NCBI RefSeq assembly: GCF_006345805.1
Contig: NC_043005.1
Span: forward strand, 33,666,001 to 33,730,000
DNA from: Octopus sinensis
Lineage: Eukaryota
DNA: 64,000 bases
Direction of reading: 5' to 3'
Shown in pieces: positions 1 through 12,381 of the stretch (positions within the stretch are counted from its first letter, which is position 1; each line of letters opens with the position of its first letter). The notes under the pieces were generated by a model. That model did no database searches. It worked only from the letters and a program-made list of their open reading frames with translations, and had not been told where the DNA came from. Made by a program: the position numbers and the translations under genes.

Positions 1-2348
1 ATGATGGCTCACTTGAATTTAATGAGGCTACAAAGAGAGAGACTTGGAGACACCACTATGAAAGGTTGCTAAATGAAGAGAATGAATGGGAGAAAAAGAA
101 TCTACCAAATGTTGACCCAACAGAGGGACCAGTTGAATTGACAGTACCTTGGTAGATAAAGCAATTAAGGGTATGAAGACAGGGAAAGCCTCCAGCCCAT
201 TAGGAATCACCACAGAGATGCTCAAAATATCTGGCAGTGTAGGCTATAGTCTAGTCACCTGAATAGTCAAACAGGTGATACATGAAGGAGTCATACCCAA
301 TGACTGGTGTAGCAGCACCATACTCAACTGCTACAAAGGTAAAGGTGATGCATTAGATACGAATAATTACAGAAGTATCAAATTGTTAGATCAGATGATG
401 AAATTCACGGAGTGGGTCATAGCCCAACTAATTAGGGAGAGAATTAGTTTAGACGAAATGCAGTTTGGGTTTGTGCCATGGAGAAGCACCATTGATGCTA
501 TATTTCTGGTAAGACAGCTGCAAAAGAAATACCTAGCCAAAGATAAACCTCTGTACTTGGCTTTTGTTGACATGGAGAAAGCCTTTGACAGGGTCCCGAT
601 CCCTTATCTGGTGGTCAATGCAGAAACTAGGGAGAGCTGAGTGGTTAGTGAGGGCTGTACAAGCCATGTACAGGGATGCTGTCTATAAGGTGAAGGTTGG
701 CAATGAGTATAGTGAAGAACACCGGGTAATGGTAGGGGTTCACCAAGGATCAATCCTCAGCCCCCTCTTATTCATCATAGTGCTCCAGGTAATAACAGAG
801 GAATTCAAGACAGGATGCACCTAGGAGCTCCTCAATGCTGATGACCTTGCTCTAATAGCTGAGTCACTATCAGAACTAGAGAAGTTTCAGATGTGGAAGT
901 AAGGTCTAAAATCAAAGGGCCTTAGAGTCAATTTAGTAAAAACCAAAGTCTTAATAAGTAGGAAGACAGACAAATCAAAAATCCCTTCAGGTAGATGGCC
1001 CTGCTTGACCTGTAGAAAAGGTGTAGGTAGAAACTCCATAAGATGTACCCAGTGTAAGCTATGGACACATAAGAGGTGCAGCAATATCAAAGGAAAGCTA
1101 ACTTGGACAATAGTTTTTGTGTGTGGCAGATGCACTGAAACACTGAAAATGTGCAGAAAACAGCTTCTGTTACATGCCAGAGGGAAAAACTAGAAGTAGC
1201 TGATAGCTTCCGTTACCTAGATGAGTAAGTCTGTAGCAGGGGTGATTCCTCTGAGAATGTGGCTGCTAGAATAGGAATAGCCTGGGCAAAGTTCAGAGTG
1301 CTCCTACCTCTGCTGGTGACAAAGGGCTTCCCGCTCAGAGTATAAGGTAGACGACTATGATACATGTGTGCAAATAGCCATGCTACACAGCAGTGAAACA
1401 TGGGCTGTGACTGCTGAGGACTTGCAAGAAATGAAGCTACTATGCTCTGCTGGATGTGTAATGTCAGTGTGCATACACAGAGTGTAAGTGTCCTGAGAGA
1501 AAAGTTGGACATAAGAAACATCAGATGTGGTGTGCAAGTGAGACGACAGCACTGGTATGGTCACATTATGTATGGATGAGGACAGCTGTTTGAAAAAGTG
1601 TCACACCCTAATAGTGGAGGGAAGCTGTGGAAGAGGTAGGCCCAGGAAGACCTGGGATGAGGTGATGAAGGAAGACCTGGGATGAGGTGATGAAGCACGA
1701 CCTTCAAATGTAGGGCCTCACGGAGGCAATGACAAGTGATCAAGACCTTTGGAGATATGCTGTACTTGAGAAGACCTGGCCCTTCAATCATTGGGCAATA
1801 TACTGTACCCGAGAAGACCTGTTGAGTCAAGTGAAATCACTGTCGTGGCCAATGCCAGTACCACCTGACTGGCGACACACAAAAAGAACCATTCAAGCAT
1901 GGTTAATGCCAGTCCCACAGGATTGGCTACCGTGCCAGTGGTACATAGAAAGCACCATACAAAGGTGGTCGATGCCAGTACCACCTGACTGGTCCCATGC
2001 TGGCAGCACATAGAAAACATTTGTGCATGGTCATTGCAAGTGGCACATAAAAAGCACCATTTGAGCGTGGTCGTTACCAGTGTTGTCTGACAGGCTCCCT
2101 TGCTGGTGGCACATAAACAGCACCTTTCAAGTGTGATCCAAGCCAGTGCTGCCTGACAGGCCCCTGTGCCAGTGGAATGTAAAAAGCACCCACAACACTC
2201 TTGGGGTGGTTGGCTTTAGGAAGGGCATCCAGCTGTAGAAACCTTGCCAGATCAGATTGGAGCCTGGTGTTCAGCCCCCTGGCTTGCCAGTCCTCAGTGA
2301 AACCGTCCAACCTATGCCAGCATAGAAAGTGGACGTTAAATGATGATG
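1..2348 (+). mobile_element. Decayed RTE-clade (RTE-X-like) LINE: RT, inserted PHD finger, 3' UTR with tandem subrepeats and (GAT)n tail
   Basis: ORF fragments NYRSIKLL, QFGFVPWRSTIDAIF, FVDMEKAFDRVP, VGVHQGSILSP, LLNADDL (YADD), FRYL, ending DLWRYAVLEKT. Multiple stops and frameshifts. 3' end ccgtccaacc...ggacgttaaatgatgatga. Confidence 0.9.
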
Positions 2349-2349
2349 A

Positions 2350-2423
2350 ATGGCTATGGGAGTCCACCAGAATAAAATAGCAATCAAAGGGGTCCAAAGA
2401 CAAAAAATGTTTGAGAACCCCTG
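2350..2423. mobile_element. hAT (Charlie/Buster-type) terminal fragment
   Basis: Ends in gtttgagaacccctg (reverse complement caggggttctcaaac, a Charlie-like TIR) followed by the TA-centred 8-mer gtctaaac. Confidence 0.5.
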
Positions 2424-3149
2424 GTCTAAACTTAGCTTTAAGTTTCCAAAGAATTCTTTTTCGAGATAATCAATGTGTTCAATATTATTGATAAAATTGA
2501 AAATGTTGCTTGTTCTATGAAACATATTCTTGTACAAAACTTTATATCATCAACAAAAACAGCAGTTTTATCACAAATGTCCTCATAAGGCTGCTCTTGA
2601 GTCAATAGTAGATGGTGCAGGGTTCAATAACAATACATCATACCTGTTGTGACTTTTAAACATTCCAAACTGCAAAACAAATCACGATTTAAAATTTTTT
2701 ATGTTGTCCAGATAAATTCTCAGAACTTCATCTTAAGGTAAAGATAAATGCAATATAAACCTTCAAGTGGAAATTTTCTAAAAGCAAAACAATGAAAAAT
2801 TTCTTATTGTTTAATGTGCATTTATCTATATTAACATTGTATTTAGTTAGTAAATTTTATTGCTGTATGACCTTTCAAACATGAAACACCTAAGTGTAAA
2901 GTAGAAGTGGTACCTTTCATCAGTTTGACTCAACTAAGATAAACAGTTACATACCTTTCTCAGCAATGACTTTAGTCTAAATACCTATATATATCAATGA
3001 TTCGTTCTACATTACTTTTTCTTCAAGGCCATTGAAATCTTAGTTGGTTCTGACTGTTATTTCTTATCCTTATACATAATTTGAAGACAGGTATAATTTG
3101 CCAGGTGTGAAGTAGAAAAAAAGAAGTCTGCCAATTTCCTGTGGCATGA

Positions 3150-4180
3150 GGTGTTTTGGATTGCAAGACGGTGTGTCAGAGAAAACCATGATGTTGTAGG
3201 AGAGAAGTGCATTTGCAAAGGTGGCTTGGAAGTGTACTATGAAATGTTGCTAATTGTAGAGAATGCATGGGAGAAGGGGAGCCTGCCTAATGTGGACCCA
3301 ACAGAGGGACCAGTTATCTGAATTGACAGTGGCACATAAAAAGCACCCACTACACTCTCGGAGTGGCTGGCATCAGGAAGGGCATCCAGCTGTAGAAACT
3401 TTGCCAAATCAGAGTGGAGCCTGGTGCAAACTCTTGTATAAGTTCTGTGGGTTAGGGGAAATCTTTAATGAACACCCCTTGTACAGAGATGCTGTCAGGA
3501 AGGTGAATGTCAGCAATGAGTATTGCAACAAATTTATTGTACAGGTAGGAGTTCACCAAAGATCAGTTCTTAGCCCTTTCTTGTTTATCATATTCCTCTA
3601 GGCCATAACAGAGGAACTTTAGGATTGACTGTCCTTGGGAGCTCCTCTATGCTAATAATCTTGTCCTAATTGATAAATCACTACCTGAACTAGAGAAGAA
3701 ATTTCAGGTATTGAAGCAAGGTCTGAAATCTTAGTAAGTCAGAAAACAGATAAATCACAAATCTTGTGTAGAAAAAGTGTTGGTATAAACCCCATATGGT
3801 GTACCTAGTGTAAGCTATGGACACATAAGAGGTGCAGCAGTATCACAAGAAGGTTAATAGAGAAAGTAGTCTTTGTGTGTGGTAAATGCACAGGTACATT
3901 AAATATCAGGGATGTACAAAAAATAGACTTTTTCAAAAGTTCGGGGGTGAATCCTTATAAGTAGAAGATAGTTTCTGTTACTTAGGTGACCAAGTTAGCA
4001 GTGGAGAATGTAGTTTTGAAAGCATGGTTGCAAGAAAAAGAACAAGCTGGGTAAAGTTCAGAGAGCTGCTATTTTTGTTAGTATTGTTTCCCTCAGAATG
4101 AAAGACATTGTATGATGCCTGTGTATGAAGAGCTATGCCACATGGCAGTGAGACACAGGCTGTGACTACTGAGAACAAAC
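3150..4180 (+). mobile_element. Second, more decayed RTE-X-like LINE fragment with an embedded short-repeat piece (about 3325-3430)
   Basis: Similar to 100-1420: VGVHQRSVLSPF, PHD remnant gtaagctatggacacataagaggtgcagc identical to copy 1, and an FCYLG-like segment. Confidence 0.8.
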
Positions 4181-4798
4181 AAGGGCTTGAATCATACAGC
4201 CATACCTAAAGTATATATACATGTGTGTGTGTGTGTATGACTCTAAAAGATGCTGTTGATTCATCAGCAATATACTAATCCTAATTTTACTGGCATTAAA
4301 GACACAAAAGACAAGAGGCAATCAAAGGAAATTCAAACTACAATTTGTGAAGCAATCCCGTAAATAATGTAAAGTGTCTTAGCTCTCTTTCACTAGTATT
4401 GTCTTAAATAATTTCTTATAAAGTCACAGATTGTTAAAATTCTAAGGAAAGGGAAATAGTGAATTGGTGATTCTGATGCCTTTCCTGTCGGCCTAATCAA
4501 AAGTAGTGTTGAACTTACCATGTGTCATGATATGGGTAACAACTATGATGATGATGGTGATGATAGGTCTGGAGTCCAAAACTTGTAGAGGAATAAAAAT
4601 ATCAGCTGTGGAAATAGTTCATTTCCCAAATACTATGACAGCAAGACAATGAAAGAAGTTACAAAGATGTTTCTTCTACAAGATAAACAAAAATTATTAA
4701 TGAGCCAATGGTGCTTTTATCTCTTTCTCTCAGCTTCTCTAAAAACCACTGAGTATCATGGAAACAATGCCAGTAAAAAAATTTCTTGCTCAAGCATA

Positions 4799-5172
4799 GG
4801 AGTGGCTGTGTGGTAAGTAGCTTGCTTACAAACCACATGGTTCCGGGTTCAGTCCCACTGCCTGACACCTTGGGCAAGTGTCTTCTATTGTAGCCTTGGG
4901 CCAACCAAAATCTTGTTGGATTTGGTAGATGGAAACTGAAAGAAGCCCGTCATATATATATATGTGTATGTGTGTGTATATATGTTTGTTCCCATAACAT
5001 CGCTTGTCAACTGATGCTGGTTTGTTTACATCCCCATAACTTAGTGGTTTGGCAAAAGAGACCGATAGAATAAGTACTAGGCTTACAAAGAATAAGTCCT
5101 GGGATCGATTTGCTCAACTAAATGTGGTGCATGGCCATAGTCAAATGATTGAAACAAGTTAAAGAGTAAAGA
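4799..5172 (+). mobile_element. tRNA-derived SINE (family B) with internal TA/TG microsatellite
   Basis: Head ggagtggctgtgtggtaag (A-box-like) and ggttcagtccc (B-box-like). Body and tail match the copy at 20325-20756 and the partial copies at 10735-10920, 15380-15530 and 41010-41190. Confidence 0.8.
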
Positions 5173-8100
5173 GAGAGCATCAATCTTCTAAAACTGGCAA
5201 TTTTAGTTTAGTGTATCTTGTTAGGGAGACTTAGTTTAATGTCAAGTTCTCGAACACAGCATTGTGCTAAGGATAAGTAAACTCAGACAAACAATACAAG
5301 GGTTTTAGTTCTACAACTGAAATAGATTGTTGTTGGTTGTGGCAAAAGATGTAACAGACTGTGTTTCTGCCACTGATGTTGTGTTGTGTCCCTGGATAAG
5401 TTTCTAAAAACTCAACAGAACTGCCAACTGCAGCAAGTTTGAGGGGCTCTAAGGAGCAACAACTATGTTAGTAACTTGCAATACTGGGTTCAAATCTTCC
5501 AATCAACTTGAAGGCATGAGGTAATCTCTATGTTGTATTCTCTACAAAACTAATGAAACTGAAATATTTCTGATACAAGATTATAAAAATATAACATTGT
5601 ACTGCAAAGTGTTTAATAGTTGAAAGAAGTTTGCAAACTTTTCCTGCATGACATGCTGATACACCTTGTTTGCAAGTGAAATAGCCAAGTGGACATGATT
5701 TTGGAAAACTTACCAATTTCAATCCATTATCGTGTCTCATTACATATTTGATGATTTCTCTTAGCTCTTGGGAAATGAGGTTAAAGCAGCACCTGCAAAT
5801 GTTACCTATAACAGATCAGAGTCACCATTCAGAAATATTTCTTTCTCATTCTCTAAACATTATAAAACATGAACTAAACACCAAGCAAAAATTTATAGAA
5901 CATTGCACATAACAGCAGCAGCAGGGAAATAATTTAGTGTCAGTGAACTTTAGAGACTACAACACAGAAAAACATTCTCACAAGAATAAACAACATCAAC
6001 AATATTTACTGTTGTTAGGGTCACATTTACCATATTAGTTTGGACAATAAGTTGGTTAGAAATAGGAAAAAAAAAAAAAGAGCAATAACATGAAGAAAAT
6101 AAGTAACAAAAAGAGTGAATATCAAATAAATGTTATTTGGTGCTAATTTGTTAACATTAGCTGCATGTTAAAACTCACAGCAGTGACTAGAAGACATTAA
6201 AAACGTAATTTTACTAATGACTTAATTGAACATGCATGCTTAAAGGAAGTACAAATGTAGAAGTTATTTAGCTGTGTATACATAAACACACACACACGTA
6301 TTAGAAACTATGCTTAATCTTGTCTTGTGCAAATCATATTACAAAAAGCTGTGGTAACCAAAAAAATAAATAAATAAATAAATACATAAAATAAAAAGTT
6401 CAATTAAATGCAATTTACAAGTAAACAGTCAACAATAATTTTAGAAATTTGGTGGATGGAAGAGCCCAGGTTTGTCTTGTTTAATTACTTTGGTTTTAGA
6501 AGCACAAACAATGATTAAAAACTCATGGAACTGTGGCAGTGAGAGAACAGATGAATTGACAGAAGCAAACATGGTTGGCAGCATTTCCATGTAAGAGAGC
6601 AGTCAACAACAATGTTAGGTTGAAGGGGGAGGGGGAAAACAAATGGTTATGGATTCACTGATCTGTAGCAAAAGTGGACAACAGCTGGAGATATGGATCA
6701 TTAAATTAAGGAAATGCTCAACAGAAGTGACTGTCCTGCAATTATTTTTTTTAAAGTAACGTATTTTGGTTGAAGCATAATTGGTAAGAACTTTTCACTT
6801 TTTAAAATAAATTTGAACCAGGAAAGGATAGAACATAGCATCCTAAGCTTAAAGAACCATTTTCTTTTCCATTTCTTCTTTATTTTTTGTTCATTTGGAA
6901 GGTTCTAGAAATGTCATATTTTTAGCAAAAGTTTCTGAAGATTCACAATGCATATGGAGTGATACCAACCATTTAATCATCAAATGCTGTGAGAAGTCTT
7001 GTATAAGAGACAGAACACCATATATTTTAATAGAATTTGAACTTTGAATAATGAGCATTACAGTACAGGAGTTTCTGACTATTACAGAGAAGATGAAGGG
7101 AAGGAAAGGGAAAGAATACCAAAAGGTAAAATGATTCTACTCCTGCCATAAATGATATGGAAAAAAATCCAGAATAAAGATTCCAGAATAGAACAAGGAT
7201 TTCATAATTAAGCATAGAGATGCATTCACAAAGAATTATTCAAACTGGAGAATTCTTTCAGATAATAACAGGCATTCACACATGGCAATGTGGCATTTTA
7301 ATAAATAATTGTAAGTGATTTTACTTCGAGCTATGAGATGACAAGTGCTTCAGTAAAGTCACAAACAGTTAATAGATGGGGGATGTGTACAACTTTAGTC
7401 ATTGTTGTAGATGTAACAAACAGAGGTGAAACTTTACAAATAAAACTAATTTTGATTGTATCGATACATATGATGTACATGAATGCTATGTATGAAAGTG
7501 TGTATATGACAATATATATATATATATACAAACATACATACAAATATGATTAAATCATTCTGGTGTTGGCCTACAGATTGAAGAGATGGCACTTTGTATC
7601 CCATAACAGTACTGTGTCCATGGCAAAAATACTTAACTCTAAGTGGGTCAGTCCATATAGTTGTAAATAGGATTTCACAAGCACAATAAAATAATTAAAA
7701 AAAATTACTTGCAATAAATATACATTGAAGTGATGAAGGTCACGAAACTGACTTCTTTCAACTGGCAACACCCACATAAAAAATTTTCCTCAGTGCCCCA
7801 GTGACCAAATGAAGTCTAGGGTTCATCACCATATATAATAACCCAAGGAGGGATCAATCAAAATAGGTCACTGAAAACTGAAGATATGTTTTATGTTATG
7901 ATGATGTGCAATTTCATTACAAGCTGAGGTCACAAGGAAGTTGTGTGTGTGTGTATTTATGCATGTATGCATGCATACTTATTTCATTTTGATAAAATTT
8001 TCAGATCCTGAAGTTTCATGCAGATAGAAATAGCAATATTTCAGGATGTATTAAAATTACAAATGATATTAGTAACATTCTCTGCTATTTGTAAGACTCT

Positions 8101-8756
8101 CATCATCTTATAATAATAGTGTCACTGGAAAATTACTGATTCCTTCAGCATGAACCTATGTTCTAGAGATTCAACATGAACTCAAAAGAATTGTTTATTC
8201 ACCTTCTTGGGGTCGAGCACTCATTCATCTAGTTCATTACTAACATACACAATTTATTAATCCCCTCCAGTAAGATGTTAATTATCTAATCTTTCAAAAT
8301 CAGATATTGATATACAAGTGACTGGCCATATTCACTTTAGAGGTTGGGAAAAATGTGAGTTTCCAAACATCAACAATTTCGGCAAGAATATTTTCTCTTC
8401 ATTAGAATCAATGGCTAACTTTGTATCTTGTATTTGGTACTTTCTTTTATGAGATCAAGAAGTTGACACATTTGTGACTGAACCTGGCATGATTTGAACT
8501 CAGAATAGCAAAAGCATCCAACAAAAAATACTAACAGACAAATAAACCAAAATTCTGTCACAAACTTAGTTTGCCAAGAATTTAACCTTTACGCCATGCT
8601 ATGAAAATAATGGTTTCTCACAGAGGCTTGGAACATAAATTATCAAAGAAAGGAAACTGGGATGTTTTTAGGAGCAATAAGCAATATATATGAATTGAAA
8701 TGATTTCAACTGAGATGAGAAAACAAGTCAGAAATGATAATAATAATTGTCTTAAA

Positions 8757-8975
8757 TTTTGGTACAAGGCCAGCAATTTTTTTAGAGAGAAAGGATAACC
8801 AAACATTGTCATACATCAACCCTAGTACTTGACTCATACTTAATTCTATCAATCCTAGAAGGATGAAAGGCAAATTTGACCTCTGCAGTTTTTGAACTCA
8901 GAGCATAAAGAGTTAGAATAAATGTTACTGACAATTTCACTGGGTGCTAATGATTCTGCCAGCCTGCCACCTTAG
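8757..8975 (+). mobile_element. Short interspersed repeat (family C)
   Basis: Shares acaaggcc..gatgaaaggcaaa..gaactcag..gattctgccagc with copies at 25453-25918, 30186-30405 (minus), 58137-58347 and 60290-60475. Confidence 0.7.
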
Positions 8976-11667
8976 TAATAAGTTCTCACTGAGACAGATG
9001 GCAAATTACTAAAGGAAGAGGGGGAGTCAATCAAATAAACTTCAGCATATCATGAGTACAGTAGAGAAGGTGATACTGGTGGGATTTGAACTCAGAAGCT
9101 AAAAAGCATGATGCATTTAGTACAGCACCACTACCACAATAATGAGCGGTGTATATCTCCTGCCATTGTTATTAATAAGGGTGCATTCTTTGAGGGTATG
9201 GGGGAAGTGGCTTTCAAAGAAATGTGCAAATAAAAAAGGGAGGGACACAATGCAGATTTAGTAATAATAATAATAATAAATTCAAATTTGAATGTGAAGA
9301 GATTTTAGACTCAAACTTAAATATATATCTTTTGCCACATCTTCCATAGATAATACATAAATGCAAGGTTATGTGTAGATGAATGCCTAAGTTTCTTTTT
9401 TAAGAGTGCATCTACTGGCTGTGTTTATAGCATGTAAATGTATACATGTTTGATACAAACAAATACTTATTTTAAAATAGTATTAACCCCTGAATTCTTT
9501 CAAGGAACAAAGAAAATATTTTAAAATGACTGTATTCTTGAAAAAAAAATGCCCCTAAATCAGGCAGAATGACTAAATAGTAGAAAAAGAAATGTAATGT
9601 TGAAGAAAAATGGGATTCACCATACCACATAGAGGTGGGGGAAGAAAACCAAACTGTTGATGAGTTTCCTTATAAAGTATGTAAATTTTAGCGACAAGTT
9701 ACTATTCCAGAGAAATGCCACCTAGTTATTTCCCCTGAAATGTTAGTCATTCAATTCATTATCTCCCTTCCACCTTCTGCTCGCCCTTTTCTTTCTATAA
9801 TAGCAATGCAATAGGGATTAAAGGTTCTTCTGGTTTATAGTTCACCTCTTGGTGTGGCTTTGTGACATGAAATTTGGTTGAGTTTGGATGGTATGGGTTT
9901 GATGTGCTCAACTTCACAACCCTGATGTGGATGGCTTTTAATGGCGTATGCTCAGGCCACTAGATGTGGAAAGACACAAATTTGATGGCTGTTGCTGCTG
10001 CACTCAGGAGCATACAACAGGGACTTGTACCTGCAAAAAATTAGAAAAAGAAAATGATTTTTTATTAGTTTGTAACTATGATGATGATGATGAAGGTGGT
10101 TTTCCTAGAGAGCCCTTTTAATTTTACGGTAACTATTTGGTACAATGACTAGTTTATTCAACTGTAATTAATTGCTCATCAATATTTTGCTACTACAACT
10201 TGCATTAATGGTGAACACGAAGAACTACCACTACTCATCTCAATCCATTATCAGCAGCACAATTCTCCATAAAAGGTCTTGGAAGGGCACCCATAGTTTA
10301 CCATGCCATGAGTTGGTTCCCAGATGATCTACTGGCAGGTACAATTTATACATCACTTATTGTAGTCTGTATTTCAGGAGCCAAAGATAGTGGTTCTTCG
10401 TGGACAGCTGTAGTTATAGCAACTAAAGCCTAGTGCACAAAGAATATTAATAGGATGTCAGTAGTCAGACCAGGGTGGACAAAGCTCCAAGATGCAGACT
10501 GGATATGACAGTTGTTGATTAATTACAATCTTCCTACTGCCTTCTTGGTGGAGGTGGGAAATAAATGACCCGGTCCATTGATTATTAATGATGAAAATCT
10601 GCCCAATTAAGTCCTAAATATACTTGTTGTTTAACCATAACTAAATCCTGCAGTCTTGTAAAAAGAGGAAGATAAAAAGATTCTGGCACCCAATTTCAAA
10701 GTATTTTTCCTCTTAGAGAGCCATAGGAAGGTGCAGGTGTGGCTGAGAAGCCTCATTTCTAACTATGTGATCTTGGGTTTAGACCTACTGTATGGCATCT
10801 TAGGCAAGTGTCTTCTACCAAATCAGTCCAGAGTTACAGTAGGAGACACTTGCTTAAAGTGCTATGCAATGGGATTGAATCGAAAACCACATGGTTGCTA
10901 AGCAAGCTTGTTAATCACACAGCCATACTTGTGTCTGTGTATGTATAAAATTTAGAATACTGTTTTCTAAAAGATGACAGAATGCTGACTGTTCTAAAAG
11001 TGGCCCAGTATAACAGTAATTCTGCTCCTGCTTACCTGTTTGGGCATACCTCATTCAACTGTCAGGAGCAGTCCATGCAGGTGGATGTAGAAAAAGAAGA
11101 CAGTAGACCAGCAATCCTAGTATCCCTGAGCCTTAGCAATCAATGGAGTTACTAGGGTTGGGGTGTAAAAACCCATATAGTTTGTGCACCTGTGCAATTT
11201 ATGCAGGTGATTTTCAGGATAAAATTTGTTAAAAAAAGCTACTACTCATGTAAAATTTGCACCCAATAGTTCAGAATTGCCGATATAGCCAGGGAAAAAA
11301 AGGTTTTCAATTCAGTTGTATTCATAATTTCACTTACTTAGGATTAGATTTTATTAAATAAAAATAATTTCTGTTTAGCAGGTATCACATTGAAAGCTAT
11401 TAAATTACAAAATGTTTATGTTGTTCATAATAAACTTTATTTTACATTTCTTGTCCACAAGAAATTATGTCCGATCTTTAGCATACTGCTGTATGTCTTC
11501 TCAAATCAAGGACATGATAGATTTATATATTTCATTTGCACTTATATTTAGTGGTGTGCAGGACTGTATTTCAGAAGTTCCAATCTCCAACACTTCTGAC
11601 AATGGTTGAGTAATTTCTTAATGAAGCAATTTTGAATTTTGCTTTTGTCTTTTTATTGCTTTAATTC

Positions 11668-11825
11668 ACATGTGAAGGCAGGTGGTTTCACATACAACTG
11701 TTAGAGCACTGGACCCATGACTGCAAGGTTTGATTCCTGGATTGGGCAGTATATTGCGTCTTTGGGTAAAGCACTTCATTCTGCATTGTTCCAGTCTACT
11801 CAGCAGTAAATGCAGTTGACTATTA
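11668..11825 (+). mobile_element. tRNA-headed SINE remnant
   Basis: gttagagcactggac...ggtttgattcctgg (A/B-box-like) followed by a cttgggtaaagcacttc..ccagtctactcagc core typical of SINE bodies. Confidence 0.5.
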
Positions 11826-12381
11826 ATGCATCTCTCTCTCTCTCTCAATATCTCATCCTCAATGTTTCATTGGATCAGGAGGTGGGGAGTCTGAAACTAT
11901 ATAGGCAACCTAAAAATTTTAGCAAAAGCACAGTTCAAGTGATCAAGCCATATTCACATGTGATGGCTAAGCTTTAGTTATATTTTTTACTCTTCACAGA
12001 CTGGTTGGAAGTTAAATCTTGATGAAGAATTCAATAAAGATTGTGAAGAGTGAAACCAAATTGAAACATTGCCCATATTACATGGATTAGTTTACTGATG
12101 AATAGGTGAAATAAATAATACTGAATCAGTAATGTAGGGATGGTACTTGCAAGTCTAGCAAACTAAGACAAACAGGGTAATGTGCCTAGCTTAGGAGCAT
12201 GGCATAATGACAGCAGTTCTGTTTGAACTAACAAGCATGGAAACAATTAATGCAAGACCTTAATGGTTGTTTAATAAAAGATAATATACATAATAAATAA
12301 ATAAAAGCAAAATTATTTCAAAGCACTCACCTGTAATAATGTTTACACAGGCTAACATTCCCTGATTGATAATGGGACAGG

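Noticed and set aside
1845-2190. Regularly spaced repeats superficially like a CRISPR array
   Set aside because: Eukaryotic context. The units are degenerate tandem subrepeats of a LINE 3' UTR without unique spacers or cas genes.
4799-4870. tRNA-like A/B boxes
   Set aside because: No full cloverleaf. It is the head of a multi-copy SINE, not a tRNA gene.
8041-8105. Minus-strand ATGATGA...CTGA spacing resembling a C/D snoRNA
   Set aside because: No convincing terminal stem or C'/D' boxes, and no guide complementarity that I can recognise. Such motifs are frequent in AT-rich DNA.
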